A program made the position numbers and the translations under genes. The notes below the pieces were generated by a model, which saw nothing but the letters and a program-made list of their open reading frames with translations, was not told the origin of the DNA and made no database searches. Below are positions 8,250-18,673 of a DNA stretch of 64,000 nt, piece after piece. The DNA is from Eubacteriales bacterium (GTDB lineage Bacteria; Bacillota; Clostridia; Lachnospirales; Lachnospiraceae): the NCBI GenBank assembly GCA_030526665.1, contig JAUNCI010000003.1, positions 1,635-65,634 of the forward strand. Direction: 5' to 3'. The number at the start of each line of letters is the position of its first letter. Within the stretch, counting starts at the first letter, position 1.

Positions 8250-10412
8250 TTATTCTTCTTCAGGATCTTCGGCAGGCTCAGCAGGAATAAATACTCTCGT
8301 TTTATCGAATGCATTTTTCTTTGCTTTTTTCACAATCTCAGTAGCTTCCTGACAGAATATCATCTGAGAGTTTATAAGTACTTTTCCACGTTTATCCTGT
8401 TTTTCATATTTTCCGTCCGGCTGAAGGATATGTGCTTTGACATTATCTTTGAATTCCAGATCGAGAATATGCAGAATGTCTTTTTTGATTTCTTCGTTTT
8501 CTACAGGGAATACGATTTCTACACGACGATTCAGGTTACGCGGCATCCAGTCCGCACTTCCCATATAAATTTCTTCGTTTCCATTTCCGCCATTGTGGAA
8601 ATAGAAAATACGACTGTGTTCCAGGAAGTCTCCTACGATAGAACGTACATGTATATTTTCACTCACTCCCGGAATTCCTACTTTTAGGCAGCAAATTCCT
8701 CTGACAAGTAAATTAATTTCTACCCCGCAGGAAGAAGCATAATACAATGCTGCCATAATGACCGGATCACAAAGTGAATTCATTTTTGCCGTAATCTGTG
8801 CCGGAATTCCGTTTTTGGCATTTTCAGCTTCACGCTCAATTAATTTCAGGAAGCGATCTTTCATCCAGATTGGCGCAACGATCAGTTTGTTCCATTTTTT
8901 CGGTTCAGAATAGCCGGAAAGCATATTAAATACTGCCGTTGCATCCTCACCAAAACGTTCATCTGCTGTAAAAATACCGCAGTCTGTATATAATTTTGCA
9001 GTCGAATCATTATAGTTACCGGTTGCCAGATGCACATATCTGCGAATTCCGGTTTCCTCACGGCGAACCACCAGAGTGATTTTACTATGAGTTTTTAACC
9101 CTACCAGACCATAAATAACGTGGCATCCTGCTTTTTCCAGTTTTTTAGCCCAGCCGATATTGTTTTCTTCATCAAATCTTGCCTTCAATTCGACCAGAAC
9201 CGATACCTGCTTTCCATTTTCCGCAGCCTGTGCCAAAGCCGCAATAATCGGCGAATTACCACTTACTCGGTACAGAGTCTGTTTGATTGCCAGTACGTCC
9301 GGATCTTTAGCAGCCTGACGAACAAAGTTTACAACCGGATCAAAACTCATATATGGATGATGCATGAACACATCACCGTTACGAATTACATCAAATATGT
9401 TATCGTCATTCATAAATGCAGCTACCGGAGCCGGATTGTATTTTGGACTCTTATACTGATCAAAGCCGGAAAGTCCGTATACCTTCATCAACACTGTTAA
9501 ATCCAGTGGTCCGTTTATATAGAAGATATCATCTTCCTTTACATCAAATTCTGACTTTAATATTTTCAGCAAACGTGGATCCGCTTTTTCTTCAACTTCC
9601 AGTCGAATCACTTCGCCCCATTGACGTTTTTTCAGCTGACGCTGAATTTCAACAAGCAAATCTTCCGCTTCGTCTTCATCAATGGAAAGATCTGCATTTC
9701 TCATAATTCGATATGGATGTGCACATACCACATTATTGCTCAGAAATAATTTTCCGATATTTCTCTCAATCACTTCCTCCAATGTAATTACGGTTATTTC
9801 CGCACCTTTTTCTGAAGGAATCTCAATCAGTCTCGGAAGCACGGCCGGAACCTGTACCGTTGCGAATTCCAGAACTTCTTTGCCTTTTTTCTTGTCCTTT
9901 TTGGATATCAAGGCTCCGATATTCAGCGATTTATTTCGAATCAGAGGAAATGGTCTGGACGAATCCATGGCCATCGGTGTAACTACCGGATAAACATTGT
10001 CCTGAAAATAAGAATCCACAAACGCTGCCTGTTTTTCACTCAGCATCTCATGCTCCGGAATAAAGTGCAGTTTCACTTTTTCCAGTGCCGGAATCAGCGA
10101 CCGATTCAAAGTACTATACTGAACACGTACCATTTCGTGAATATATTCGCTGATTTCCTTTAACTGTGCCTTAGGTGTCAGGCCTGCGATATCTGCTTTT
10201 TCATAACCGGCATGAACCTGGTCCTTCAGCGACGCTACACGAACCATATAGAATTCGTCCAGGTTTGAAGATGTAATACTCAAAAATTTTAATCGTTCGA
10301 ACAGCGGAAGCTGTTTGTCTCTGGCTTCACTCAAAACACGCTCATTGAATTTTGCCCAGCTCAATTCACGATTCACATAATATTCTGATTTTTCAAATTT
10401 TTTCAAATCCAT
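8250..10412 (-). CDS. ppk: Polyphosphate kinase 1
   Basis: 720 aa. The N-terminus YYVNRELSWAKFNERVL and overall length are typical of PPK1. It lies adjacent to ppx. Confidence 0.95.
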   Translation of the reverse strand: MDLKKFEKSEYYVNRELSWAKFNERVLSEARDKQLPLFERLKFLSITSSNLDEFYMVRVASLKDQVHAGYEKADIAGLTPKAQLKEISEYIHEMVRVQYSTLNRSLIPALEKVKLHFIPEHEMLSEKQAAFVDSYFQDNVYPVVTPMAMDSSRPFPLIRNKSLNIGALISKKDKKKGKEVLEFATVQVPAVLPRLIEIPSEKGAEITVITLEEVIERNIGKLFLSNNVVCAHPYRIMRNADLSIDEDEAEDLLVEIQRQLKKRQWGEVIRLEVEEKADPRLLKILKSEFDVKEDDIFYINGPLDLTVLMKVYGLSGFDQYKSPKYNPAPVAAFMNDDNIFDVIRNGDVFMHHPYMSFDPVVNFVRQAAKDPDVLAIKQTLYRVSGNSPIIAALAQAAENGKQVSVLVELKARFDEENNIGWAKKLEKAGCHVIYGLVGLKTHSKITLVVRREETGIRRYVHLATGNYNDSTAKLYTDCGIFTADERFGEDATAVFNMLSGYSEPKKWNKLIVAPIWMKDRFLKLIEREAENAKNGIPAQITAKMNSLCDPVIMAALYYASSCGVEINLLVRGICCLKVGIPGVSENIHVRSIVGDFLEHSRIFYFHNGGNGNEEIYMGSADWMPRNLNRRVEIVFPVENEEIKKDILHILDLEFKDNVKAHILQPDGKYEKQDKRGKVLINSQMIFCQEATEIVKKAKKNAFDKTRVFIPAEPAEDPEEE

Positions 10413-10427
10413 AACGCTTCCCCTTTA

Positions 10428-11963
10428 TCATACTTTACGTTTTCGTTTAATTCCCAGACGAATGCCAAATACTTCCTCAAAGAATTTTACCTTATCAATC
10501 AACAAACCTATTTCCAGACTTACATCCCGGTCATAATCAATAATGATCTGCAATTCGCGGTCTTTTAATACCGTTTTTATCATTTTCACTTTCTGATAGT
10601 GACTTCTGTCCATCGCATTTGCAAGACGGAGAATTGCTGCCAGTTTTGCAATCAGCATATAATTATCTTTGTTGATTCCCGGTACATTTCTCATTTGTGG
10701 GTAATATGCAAATTCCGCCGAATTATATCGAACCGCACTGGCTATTATCTGGCGTTCTTCCGTTGAAAGACCAATGATCTCCGTAGCCATAATAATTCGA
10801 TAAGAGCACTCCGCAACATCCCCCATACTGATGTATTTTCCACAGTCATGGAGAATAACGGCAATCTGCAGAAGCAGACGCGCTCTCGCATCCATGCCAT
10901 GGATTTTTTTCATGCTGTCAAACAGCTTTAATGCAAGATCTGTTGTACCTTGAATATGGTTTTTGGCACTGGAATAACGCTTCGCAATATTTCTGGAAGC
11001 AACCAGAATATCATTTTCAAAATTGTGCTTACTCTTGATAAACTTCTGCTTTTCACCAAAGTCATAAGCCATACCATCCATCAGAGATACACCCGGAATC
11101 CAGATTGATTCCGCATTAAAAATATTCATAAAATTGTTTATAACAATCATGATCGGAATGATCAGACTGGCCGATTCTACCTGAATATTCATCTCCTCCG
11201 CCAGTTCCTGATCCGTTTTGTCCTTAACCAGCTCGTAACGATTTACAAACTCTTCTTTTGTAACAATGTTATCCGAGCGTTCTTCTTTGAACAACGTATC
11301 TGTCAGGAAATCACCCAGCAGTATTACATTTTTGATATCTCGATCTTTCAAATACAATCTCTGGAACGCCATCAAATCATTACGAATAAAATCTTCGATC
11401 AAGGTATCATAATGCGAGTTTGTTCGCTGAATATCTTTGAGCTGCTCACGAATACGAAGACTTCCGATTTTCAGATTTTGTGTTGTAACCAGAGAATCTT
11501 TATCAAACAAGGAAACCTGAAGACTTCCGCCTCCCACATCCAGAATTGCCGTTCCTTTCTGAATCATTTTTTTGAATCCGGTTTCAATTGCAGCTATGGA
11601 TTTATATCCCAGGAAATGCTGCTCTGTATTACTTAGAATATCAATTTCCATACCTGTTCGGATATAAATCTGCTCTGATACGATCATTGGATTGATCAGT
11701 TCACGAAATGCACTTGTTGCACAGACGCGATAATTCTCAACGCCAAATTCTTTCATTACTCGCTGAAAATCAATCAAAATATCGCAGATCGTATCCACCG
11801 TGTCGCGGTCAAGTCTTCCGAAAGTATACACCCCACGTCCTACTTCCAGACGATAACGAACATCATTGATTTCTTTTAAACCATTTTTCTTTGACAATTC
11901 AAATATCTTCATACTTACTTCGTAAGATCCGATATCGATTGCCGCAAATGTTGTTACTGCCAT
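10428..11963 (-). CDS. ppx: Exopolyphosphatase / guanosine pentaphosphate phosphohydrolase (Ppx/GppA family) with HD domain
   Basis: 511 aa with an ASKHA-fold N-terminus (AAIDIGSYEVSMKIF, DVGGGS) and a C-terminal HD region (LHDCGK). Confidence 0.9.
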   Translation of the reverse strand: MAVTTFAAIDIGSYEVSMKIFELSKKNGLKEINDVRYRLEVGRGVYTFGRLDRDTVDTICDILIDFQRVMKEFGVENYRVCATSAFRELINPMIVSEQIYIRTGMEIDILSNTEQHFLGYKSIAAIETGFKKMIQKGTAILDVGGGSLQVSLFDKDSLVTTQNLKIGSLRIREQLKDIQRTNSHYDTLIEDFIRNDLMAFQRLYLKDRDIKNVILLGDFLTDTLFKEERSDNIVTKEEFVNRYELVKDKTDQELAEEMNIQVESASLIIPIMIVINNFMNIFNAESIWIPGVSLMDGMAYDFGEKQKFIKSKHNFENDILVASRNIAKRYSSAKNHIQGTTDLALKLFDSMKKIHGMDARARLLLQIAVILHDCGKYISMGDVAECSYRIIMATEIIGLSTEERQIIASAVRYNSAEFAYYPQMRNVPGINKDNYMLIAKLAAILRLANAMDRSHYQKVKMIKTVLKDRELQIIIDYDRDVSLEIGLLIDKVKFFEEVFGIRLGIKRKRKV

Positions 11964-12024
11964 ATGTTTTTCCTCACTGCCCCATACATATTTTTTGATA
12001 CTTTTTATAACTTTTTTGCTGTTC

Positions 12025-12294
12025 CTACATACTGCCGAGCAAATTATCTATAAATTGCTGCGCCGTACGACCGGTCATTCCGCCGTGGCTGATTTCCCAG
12101 GAGTTCGCCTTTGCAAGCGTAGCACTCAGTTCACAGATACGGTCGCGAATACGTGCATTGTACATTTTGCTTCCGCTTGTTACATTCTGATAATCCTGAA
12201 TAACCTCTGTACATGCGCCTTCAAATACTTTGTCAAATATTGCCAGATCGGCATCATACAATTCTTTAAAAATTGCAAAATCATTTTTTGCCAT
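12025..12294 (-). CDS. Small hypothetical protein (89-98 aa; start uncertain, ATG 12294 or GTG 12321)
   Basis: ORF between pheA and ppx, same strand. I recognise no family. Confidence 0.5.
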   Translation of the reverse strand: MAKNDFAIFKELYDADLAIFDKVFEGACTEVIQDYQNVTSGSKMYNARIRDRICELSATLAKANSWEISHGGMTGRTAQQFIDNLLGSM

Positions 12295-12363
12295 ATGATT
12301 GATGCTTCCCTGCACTACCACTGCTTTCTATGTTTATAACTTATTTATAACTTTATATTTACT

Positions 12364-13506
12364 TTATTCTTTGCTGATATAATTTCCGAAAATCTGTAAT
12401 TTATTTGTTTCCGCCTCTAATCCACGAAGTGCATTAATGACCGCGCTATCACTCAGATTGCCATTAAAATCAACGAAAAATCTATATTCCCAAGGTCTTC
12501 CCGGCATTGGACGAGATTCGATCTTGGTCATGTTTAATCCATTATAAATAATGTGCGATAACATGTTGTACAGTGTTCCTCGTTCATGAGGAAGTTCAAA
12601 GCAGATACTGATTTTATCTGATTTTTCTTCAAAAACAGGCTGTTTTCCAACAACGATAAAACGAGTAAAGTTCCATTTATTATTGCAAATATCCTCAGCC
12701 AGAATTTTTAATTCATAGAGTTCTCCTGCATCTCTGCTCGCTATGGCAGCATGCGTTCTGTCATTGTCCTCTCTGACATTTTTTGCAGCAATCGCTGTAT
12801 TGACCACCTCATTGGTATTCCAATCCAGATGCTGTTCCAAAAATCCTCTGCACTGTGCAAGTCCCTGTGGATGTGAATAAACTTCCTTAATACCGTCGAT
12901 ATCAGCATCCGGCATTCCCAAAAGCACATGATCCACTCTCAGTACTTCTTCTCCGACAATAAACAAATTATATTCCGTAAGCAGATCATACATTTCAGAA
13001 ACGATACCGGCCGTTGAATTTTCAATCGGAAGGACTGCGTAATCTGCATTTTTATGTGCTACATCCTCCAACGCCTGTCTCCATGTTTTTACATTGTGGC
13101 TTTCGACATTTTTTCCAAAGAACTTACGCATTGCTGCATAGCTATATGCTCCCGGAACTCCCTGGTATACTACATGCGCATTTTCTTTTTCCAATTCTGA
13201 AATCTTGTCAAAACTTGCTTCCTGACGAATTCCGTGTTCCGTTAATAACTGATATTGACGTTTACGACTGATTGCCATGATCTGCTCAAACAATTCCTGC
13301 GTTCCCAGCTCATTAAACTCTCCGTGTGCTTTCCCTCGAAGTGTTTTGATTTTGTTATGCTCACGCACAACGTCCAGAACCTGCTTGCCGGTCTCGATTT
13401 TGTATTCGGCAACTGCTTCACAGACTTTCATACGTTCTTCAAAAAGACGCACGATCTCATTGTCAATTTTGTCAATTTTATCTCTGCTGATTTGTAAATC
13501 AATCAT
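12364..13506 (-). CDS. pheA: Bifunctional chorismate mutase / prephenate dehydratase (P-protein)
   Basis: 380 aa with an N-terminal CM domain (RDKIDKIDNEIVRLFEERM), a PDT domain and a C-terminal ACT (ESRP motif: TKIESRPMPG). Confidence 0.9.
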   Translation of the reverse strand: MIDLQISRDKIDKIDNEIVRLFEERMKVCEAVAEYKIETGKQVLDVVREHNKIKTLRGKAHGEFNELGTQELFEQIMAISRKRQYQLLTEHGIRQEASFDKISELEKENAHVVYQGVPGAYSYAAMRKFFGKNVESHNVKTWRQALEDVAHKNADYAVLPIENSTAGIVSEMYDLLTEYNLFIVGEEVLRVDHVLLGMPDADIDGIKEVYSHPQGLAQCRGFLEQHLDWNTNEVVNTAIAAKNVREDNDRTHAAIASRDAGELYELKILAEDICNNKWNFTRFIVVGKQPVFEEKSDKISICFELPHERGTLYNMLSHIIYNGLNMTKIESRPMPGRPWEYRFFVDFNGNLSDSAVINALRGLEAETNKLQIFGNYISKE

Positions 13507-13566
13507 TGTATATCCTCTAAATCCTTTTCTCTCTTTGTTTTTATTTCTATCCTTCTTTCGGAAGCT

Positions 13567-14865
13567 CTATCTATTCAAATCCTTTTCTCTTTGCTTGATC
13601 ACACGTGTCATTTTTCCGATAAAAGACAGAGAACCAAATGCAATAATGACATCCTTCGGTTTTGCCATTTCAAATGCACGATTTACTGCTGCTTTGATGC
13701 TGTCCGCACTTTCGACACTTGGATGATATTCACTGAGTACTTCCGCAAGTTTTTCTGCCGGAAGAGCTCGTGGATTATCCGGTGTTTCAATTGCGATAAT
13801 ATGCTTTGCAAAATGTGAAGTTTTTTCAATTACGGAACGATAGTCTTTGTCTGCAAATACGCCCATAATGAAATAAATATCTTTGCCTCTGAAATACTGA
13901 TGCAGCGATTTTGCAAGCATATCTGCCGCTGCCGGATTGTGTGCACCATCTACGATAAACAACGGCTCTTTGTGAATAGTAGTAAAACGACCGTTCCATT
14001 TTGTTTTTGACAATCCGTCAATTCGCTGCTGCATCGTATTCGGAAATCCGTTATGAGATAAAAGGCGTGCCGCCTGTATTGCAAGCACGGCGTTTTCAAA
14101 CTGGTATTTTCCGGCAAGAGGAATTGTAAAGTTGTTTCCCTGATACCAGAATGTCTGTCCTTCATAGCTCTCCTGAACGATTTCGCCTTCATTTGCATCT
14201 GCAACTACCAGAGAAGCACTTCTCTCACGACAAACATTTTCCAATACCTCCATGACCTCTTTCGGCTGCTTCATAGTTACAACAAGACTTCCGGATTTAA
14301 TAATACCTGCTTTTACACTTGCGATATCCGCCAGGGTATTACCTAGAAATGACATATGATCCATACTGATTGATGTAATCACACACAATTCCGGTGCTTT
14401 TATGATATTGGTTGCATCCGTCGCACCGCCCATACCAACTTCCAGAAGGACAATGTCTACATCCTTATCCTTAAAATGAAGGAAGGCTGCTGCTGTTTCA
14501 ATTTCAAACGGTGTAGGATGAGCAATATTTTCGCCCTTCATTTTTGGAATTGCATCTGCAATTCGAGTAATGCAAGAGGCAAAATCATTATAAGAAATCG
14601 CCTTTCCATTTACCTCAATTCGTTCACGATAATTATATAAAGTCGGTGAAACATATCGGCCAACCTTATATCCTGCTTCCTGCAAAATCGAATATAAATA
14701 CGCAATGGTTGATCCTTTTCCATTCGTACCTGCAATGTGTACAATATGCAGATCATCCTGCGGATTTCCGAGCTGTTCCATCAGTGAAATCATATTATCA
14801 AGACCGAGAACACTTCCATACTGTTCCGCGTCCTTTACAAACTTTCTGCTCTGTTTATAATCCAT
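13567..14865 (-). CDS. folC: Folylpolyglutamate synthase / dihydrofolate synthase
   Basis: 432 aa, Mur-ligase fold, with P-loop HIAGTNGKGST. Confidence 0.9.
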   Translation of the reverse strand: MDYKQSRKFVKDAEQYGSVLGLDNMISLMEQLGNPQDDLHIVHIAGTNGKGSTIAYLYSILQEAGYKVGRYVSPTLYNYRERIEVNGKAISYNDFASCITRIADAIPKMKGENIAHPTPFEIETAAAFLHFKDKDVDIVLLEVGMGGATDATNIIKAPELCVITSISMDHMSFLGNTLADIASVKAGIIKSGSLVVTMKQPKEVMEVLENVCRERSASLVVADANEGEIVQESYEGQTFWYQGNNFTIPLAGKYQFENAVLAIQAARLLSHNGFPNTMQQRIDGLSKTKWNGRFTTIHKEPLFIVDGAHNPAAADMLAKSLHQYFRGKDIYFIMGVFADKDYRSVIEKTSHFAKHIIAIETPDNPRALPAEKLAEVLSEYHPSVESADSIKAAVNRAFEMAKPKDVIIAFGSLSFIGKMTRVIKQREKDLNR

Positions 14866-15091
14866 TTTTACTCCTCATTGATTCATGGATTTTATCCCCG
14901 TTTTTTCATAATAAAATCCCAATTTATACCTTTATAAAAATCAAATTTATTATACTCTTGCAGAGTATATATTTCAAGATTGGGCACAAAACTCCTTGAA
15001 AATCAAAAATATATAGTATATAGTTATAGAGATAAATTGAATCAATTTTTTTACAATTCTATGTATAATTACAATTTCATGGAGGTATTGT

Positions 15092-16009
15092 ATGAGACAT
15101 TTAATGAGTCCTATGGATCTGTCTGTCGAAGAGCTTGACCAGCTTCTTGATCTGGCAAACGATATTGAAAACAATCCAAAAAAATACGCACACGCATGTG
15201 ACGGTAAAAGACTTGCGACACTTTTTTATGAACCAAGTACCCGTACTCGCCTGAGTTTCGAAGCAGCTATGATGAATCTCGGTGGTACGGTTCTTGGTTT
15301 TTCTTCTGCCAATTCGAGCTCTGCTTCAAAAGGAGAAAGCGTTTCCGATACAATGCGTGTTACTTCCTGTTATGCAGATATTGCCGCGATGCGTCATCCA
15401 AAAGAAGGAGCTCCGCTGGTTGCATCTATGTCATCTCTGATTCCTGTTATCAATGCAGGCGATGGCGGTCATCAGCATCCAACACAGACATTGACAGATC
15501 TTTTAACCATTCGTTCCCTGAAAGGACGTCTTGACAATATTACGGTCGGTCTTTGCGGTGACCTGAAATTCGGACGTACCGTACACTCTCTCATCGAGGC
15601 ACTTGTTCGTTACGAAAACGTAAAATTTGTTCTGATCTCACCGGAAGAACTCCGTGTTCCAAGTTATATTCGTGAGGAAGTTCTCACAAATAACAACATT
15701 GAATTTATGGAAGTAGAACGTCTCGAAGATGCGCTTCCGGATCTTGACATTCTCTACATGACCCGTGTACAGAAAGAACGCTTCTTCAACGAAGAAGATT
15801 ATGTACGTATGAAAGATTTTTATATTCTGGATAAACAGAAAATGGAACTTGCGAAGGAAGACATGTTTATTTTGCATCCGCTTCCTCGTGTAAATGAAAT
15901 CTCTGTAGAAGTAGACAAAGACCCAAGAGCCGCTTATTTCCAACAGGCGCAGTATGGCGTATATGTTCGAATGGCTCTGATTCTCACATTGCTGGAGGTG
16001 GAAGTATAA
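15092..16009 (+). CDS. pyrB: Aspartate carbamoyltransferase catalytic subunit
   Basis: 305 aa with motifs [13 protein letters not shown] and HPLPR. Confidence 0.95.
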   Translation: MRHLMSPMDLSVEELDQLLDLANDIENNPKKYAHACDGKRLATLFYEPSTRTRLSFEAAMMNLGGTVLGFSSANSSSASKGESVSDTMRVTSCYADIAAMRHPKEGAPLVASMSSLIPVINAGDGGHQHPTQTLTDLLTIRSLKGRLDNITVGLCGDLKFGRTVHSLIEALVRYENVKFVLISPEELRVPSYIREEVLTNNNIEFMEVERLEDALPDLDILYMTRVQKERFFNEEDYVRMKDFYILDKQKMELAKEDMFILHPLPRVNEISVEVDKDPRAAYFQQAQYGVYVRMALILTLLEVEV

Positions 16010-16473
16010 TGTTGAACGTAGGTGCTCTGAACGAAGGTTATGTACTGGATCATATTAAAGCCGGCTATTCTATCACGATCTACAATGATCTTCAGCTTGG
16101 CAAACTTGACTGTACAGTCGCAATTATCAAAAATGCCCGCAGCAAAAAAATGGGCAAAAAAGATATCATCAAGGTAGAATGCCCGATTGAAGATCTGGAC
16201 CTGGACATTCTCGGTTTTATCGATCACAACATCACCGTTAATATCATCAAAGACGGCAAGATCGTTGCAAAAAAAGACCTGTCGCTTCCAAAACAGGTAA
16301 CAAACGTAATCAAATGTAAAAACCCAAGATGTATCACTTCAATCGAGCAGGAGCTTGATCACATCTTCGTACTCTCCGATGAAAAAAATGAAGTATATCG
16401 CTGCAAATACTGTGAGCAGAAATACCATTCAAAGAAAAAAAGCGGCAATAAACTCATCGATGTGAGAAAATAA
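16009..16473 (+). CDS. pyrI: Aspartate carbamoyltransferase regulatory subunit
   Basis: 154 aa. The start overlaps the pyrB stop. C-terminal zinc site: CKNPRC...CKYC. Confidence 0.9.
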   Translation: MLNVGALNEGYVLDHIKAGYSITIYNDLQLGKLDCTVAIIKNARSKKMGKKDIIKVECPIEDLDLDILGFIDHNITVNIIKDGKIVAKKDLSLPKQVTNVIKCKNPRCITSIEQELDHIFVLSDEKNEVYRCKYCEQKYHSKKKSGNKLIDVRK

Positions 16474-16557
16474 AGTTACCGTTCACGCATGGCGAGAACT
16501 GTAACTGATTTTGCCACATTTAAAGTGCACCTGCGGTGCAGGGGGCAAAATCGTGGC

Positions 16558-16586
16558 TTTACTTCTCTGAAAAGTTATGCTAGAAT
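16558..16586 (+). promoter_or_regulatory. Candidate sigma-70 promoter of rnpB (TTTACT-17-TAGAAT)
   Basis: The -35 and -10 hexamers have 17-nt spacing and end about 7 nt before the predicted 5' end of RNase P RNA. Confidence 0.5.
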
Positions 16587-16592
16587 AACCCA

Positions 16593-16946
16593 TGCGCAAC
16601 CGGGTCAGGTGATCGCAGCTGCACAGACGAAAGGGTGCAGGTGAGGAAAGTCCGGGCTTCGTAGGGCAGGATGCCGGATAACGTCCGGTGGAGGTGACTC
16701 CCAGACCAGTGCAACAGAAATAAACCGCCTCACTTGTGAGGTAAGGGTGGAAAGGCAGTGTAAGAGACTACCGCCGTTGTGGTAACAGAACGGGCACATG
16801 TAAACTCCATTCGAAGCAAGACCAAGACAAAAGCGATACGATTGCCCGTCGTGCTTTTAGGTAGGTCGCTTGAGCCTTTTGGCAACAAAAGGCCTAGATA
16901 GATGATCACCCAATGACATAACCCGGCTTATCGATCCGATTGCGCA
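16593..16946 (+). ncRNA. rnpB: RNase P RNA, bacterial type A
   Basis: Universal GAGGAAAGTCCGGGC and ACATAACCCGGCTTA blocks, plus GGTAAGGGTGGAAAGGCAGTGTAAGAG. P1 pairs TGCGCAACCGG with CCGATTGCGCA. A terminator follows. Ends are accurate to about 5 nt. Confidence 0.9.
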
Positions 16947-16950
16947 AAAA

Positions 16951-16989
16951 AGAACTGCTGCAAAAATTTTTGCAGCAGTTCTTTTTTTG
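16951..16989. terminator. Bidirectional intrinsic terminator (rnpB on plus, nucleoside-kinase gene on minus)
   Basis: AGAACTGCTGCA aaaattt TGCAGCAGTTCT, flanked by an A-run and a T-run. Confidence 0.8.
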
Positions 16990-17000
16990 TTCTTATTTTA

Positions 17001-18653
17001 TCAAACCTTAAAACAACTTCCACCGACAAATTCTCGAACCAATGAATTGTTTGGAATGGCGTCACTTGGCACCGGAAGGAAATAATCCAGGAATTTCAAA
17101 AGACGTTTTGCCTCCTCGTATTCCGGCTCGTCCTTTTCGATTGCAAAAAGAAGCGGTTCTATATAAACCTTCAGGCATGCCAATTCATAAACCAACGAAG
17201 AATTAAACATAACATCTGCATTTTCCTGGAATACAAAGATGTTCTCTTCTTCTCCTCGACGTACGGAAGGCCACATACTGATCGTCTGTTTTACAGAAGT
17301 GCCTCGTGTTCTCGCATCGCGTGTCATTCGGCGAAGCAAACGACCATCCGTTGATGGAATTCGATTATGTTCATCGATATTCAGCTGTGTCAATGCACTG
17401 ATGTAAATTTTGAATTTACTTTCTTTTGGAAGTGCATAGCTTAATTTTTCATTCAAACCATGAATTCCTTCAAGCACCAAAACATCATCCGGCCCCATCT
17501 GAAGGAAATGTCCATGATACTCTCTTTGTCCGGTCTTGAAATTGAAGGATGGAATTTCTACTCTCATTCCTTTCAAAAGATCCAGCATATCTTTGTTAAA
17601 CTTTTCAATATCCAGTGCTTCCAGGCATTCATAATTTTTCTGTCCGAATTCATCCAGCGGAGTATCTTCACGATTCACAAAATAATCATCCAGAGAAATC
17701 AAATGTGGTTTCATTCCATGTGCCGCCAATTGTACACACGTACGATTTGCAAAGGATGTTTTTCCGGAAGATGACGGACCTGCGATCATAACGAACTTTT
17801 TATTTTCATCGATGATCTGCTCTGCAATTTTAGAAATTTTTGCTTCCTGAAGTGCTTCCTGAATCAGAATAATATCCAGTATTTCAGATTTCATGATACG
17901 CTCATTCAGTTCTCCGACATTTGAAATTCCTATTTTTTCGCCCCACTCTTCCGTTTCCTTCATCATCTGGTAAATCTTGTTCATCGGAACCAAAGGAGAT
18001 AATTGATCCGGCGTTTTGCGATTCGGAAGATTCAATAAAAATCCATCATCATACAGAGACAATTCAAAATGTTTGATATAGCCTGTATGATTTGCCATAT
18101 ATCCGTAATAATAATCTTCGTAATCTTCAATACTGTAAATGTTTACCCTTGAGCTGCGTCTGTATCGGAATAATTTTTCCTTATCATACATTCCACTCTC
18201 ACGGAACCGCTCACGAGCTTCATCGGTTGAAACACTTTTTTTGTATATCGGGAGTTCCTGGTTAATGATCTTCTGCATCTCTTCTTTTACGCGATCCAGA
18301 AGTTCCTGTGTCAATGGTTCTGTCATTTCAACAGTAAAAAAGTATGCATCTGCAAGAGAATAATGAATTTCCAGTCTCTTTAGATTTTCTTTTCCTACCA
18401 CACCTGTAAACGCTTTGCCCAAAATCATATAGGCACTGCGAAGATACGCTTTATGTCCTGCAGGATCCTGAATCGTAACAAATTCAAGCGTAATATCTTT
18501 TTTTACACGTTTGTGAAGTTCACGAAGTTTACCGTTTGCTCTCACCAGAATAATTGGATATTTGGCTGAGCTTTCATAATCTTTTACAATATCTGCATAT
18601 TGGGTTCCCAAAGGATACCGCATTGTTGTTCCACCAATCGTAACATTAACCAT
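17001..18653 (-). CDS. Uridine/nucleoside kinase family protein with N-terminal TGS-like extension
   Basis: 550 aa. P-loop IAGPSSSGKTS sits in a Udk/PRK-like C-terminal half. The N-terminal ~250 aa resemble the ThrRS-type TGS/second additional domain. Confidence 0.7.
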   Translation of the reverse strand: MVNVTIGGTTMRYPLGTQYADIVKDYESSAKYPIILVRANGKLRELHKRVKKDITLEFVTIQDPAGHKAYLRSAYMILGKAFTGVVGKENLKRLEIHYSLADAYFFTVEMTEPLTQELLDRVKEEMQKIINQELPIYKKSVSTDEARERFRESGMYDKEKLFRYRRSSRVNIYSIEDYEDYYYGYMANHTGYIKHFELSLYDDGFLLNLPNRKTPDQLSPLVPMNKIYQMMKETEEWGEKIGISNVGELNERIMKSEILDIILIQEALQEAKISKIAEQIIDENKKFVMIAGPSSSGKTSFANRTCVQLAAHGMKPHLISLDDYFVNREDTPLDEFGQKNYECLEALDIEKFNKDMLDLLKGMRVEIPSFNFKTGQREYHGHFLQMGPDDVLVLEGIHGLNEKLSYALPKESKFKIYISALTQLNIDEHNRIPSTDGRLLRRMTRDARTRGTSVKQTISMWPSVRRGEEENIFVFQENADVMFNSSLVYELACLKVYIEPLLFAIEKDEPEYEEAKRLLKFLDYFLPVPSDAIPNNSLVREFVGGSCFKV

Positions 18654-18673
18654 ACGCGTACCTCCATCTTTGA

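Noticed and set aside
14866-15091. PyrR-type attenuator upstream of pyrB, and likewise upstream of carB at 49503-49692
   Set aside because: There is no ARUCCAGAGAGGYU-like PyrR binding loop and no terminator/antiterminator pair. There is only an 8-bp palindrome, TATACTCT-tgc-AGAGTATA, at 14951-14969, of unclear meaning.
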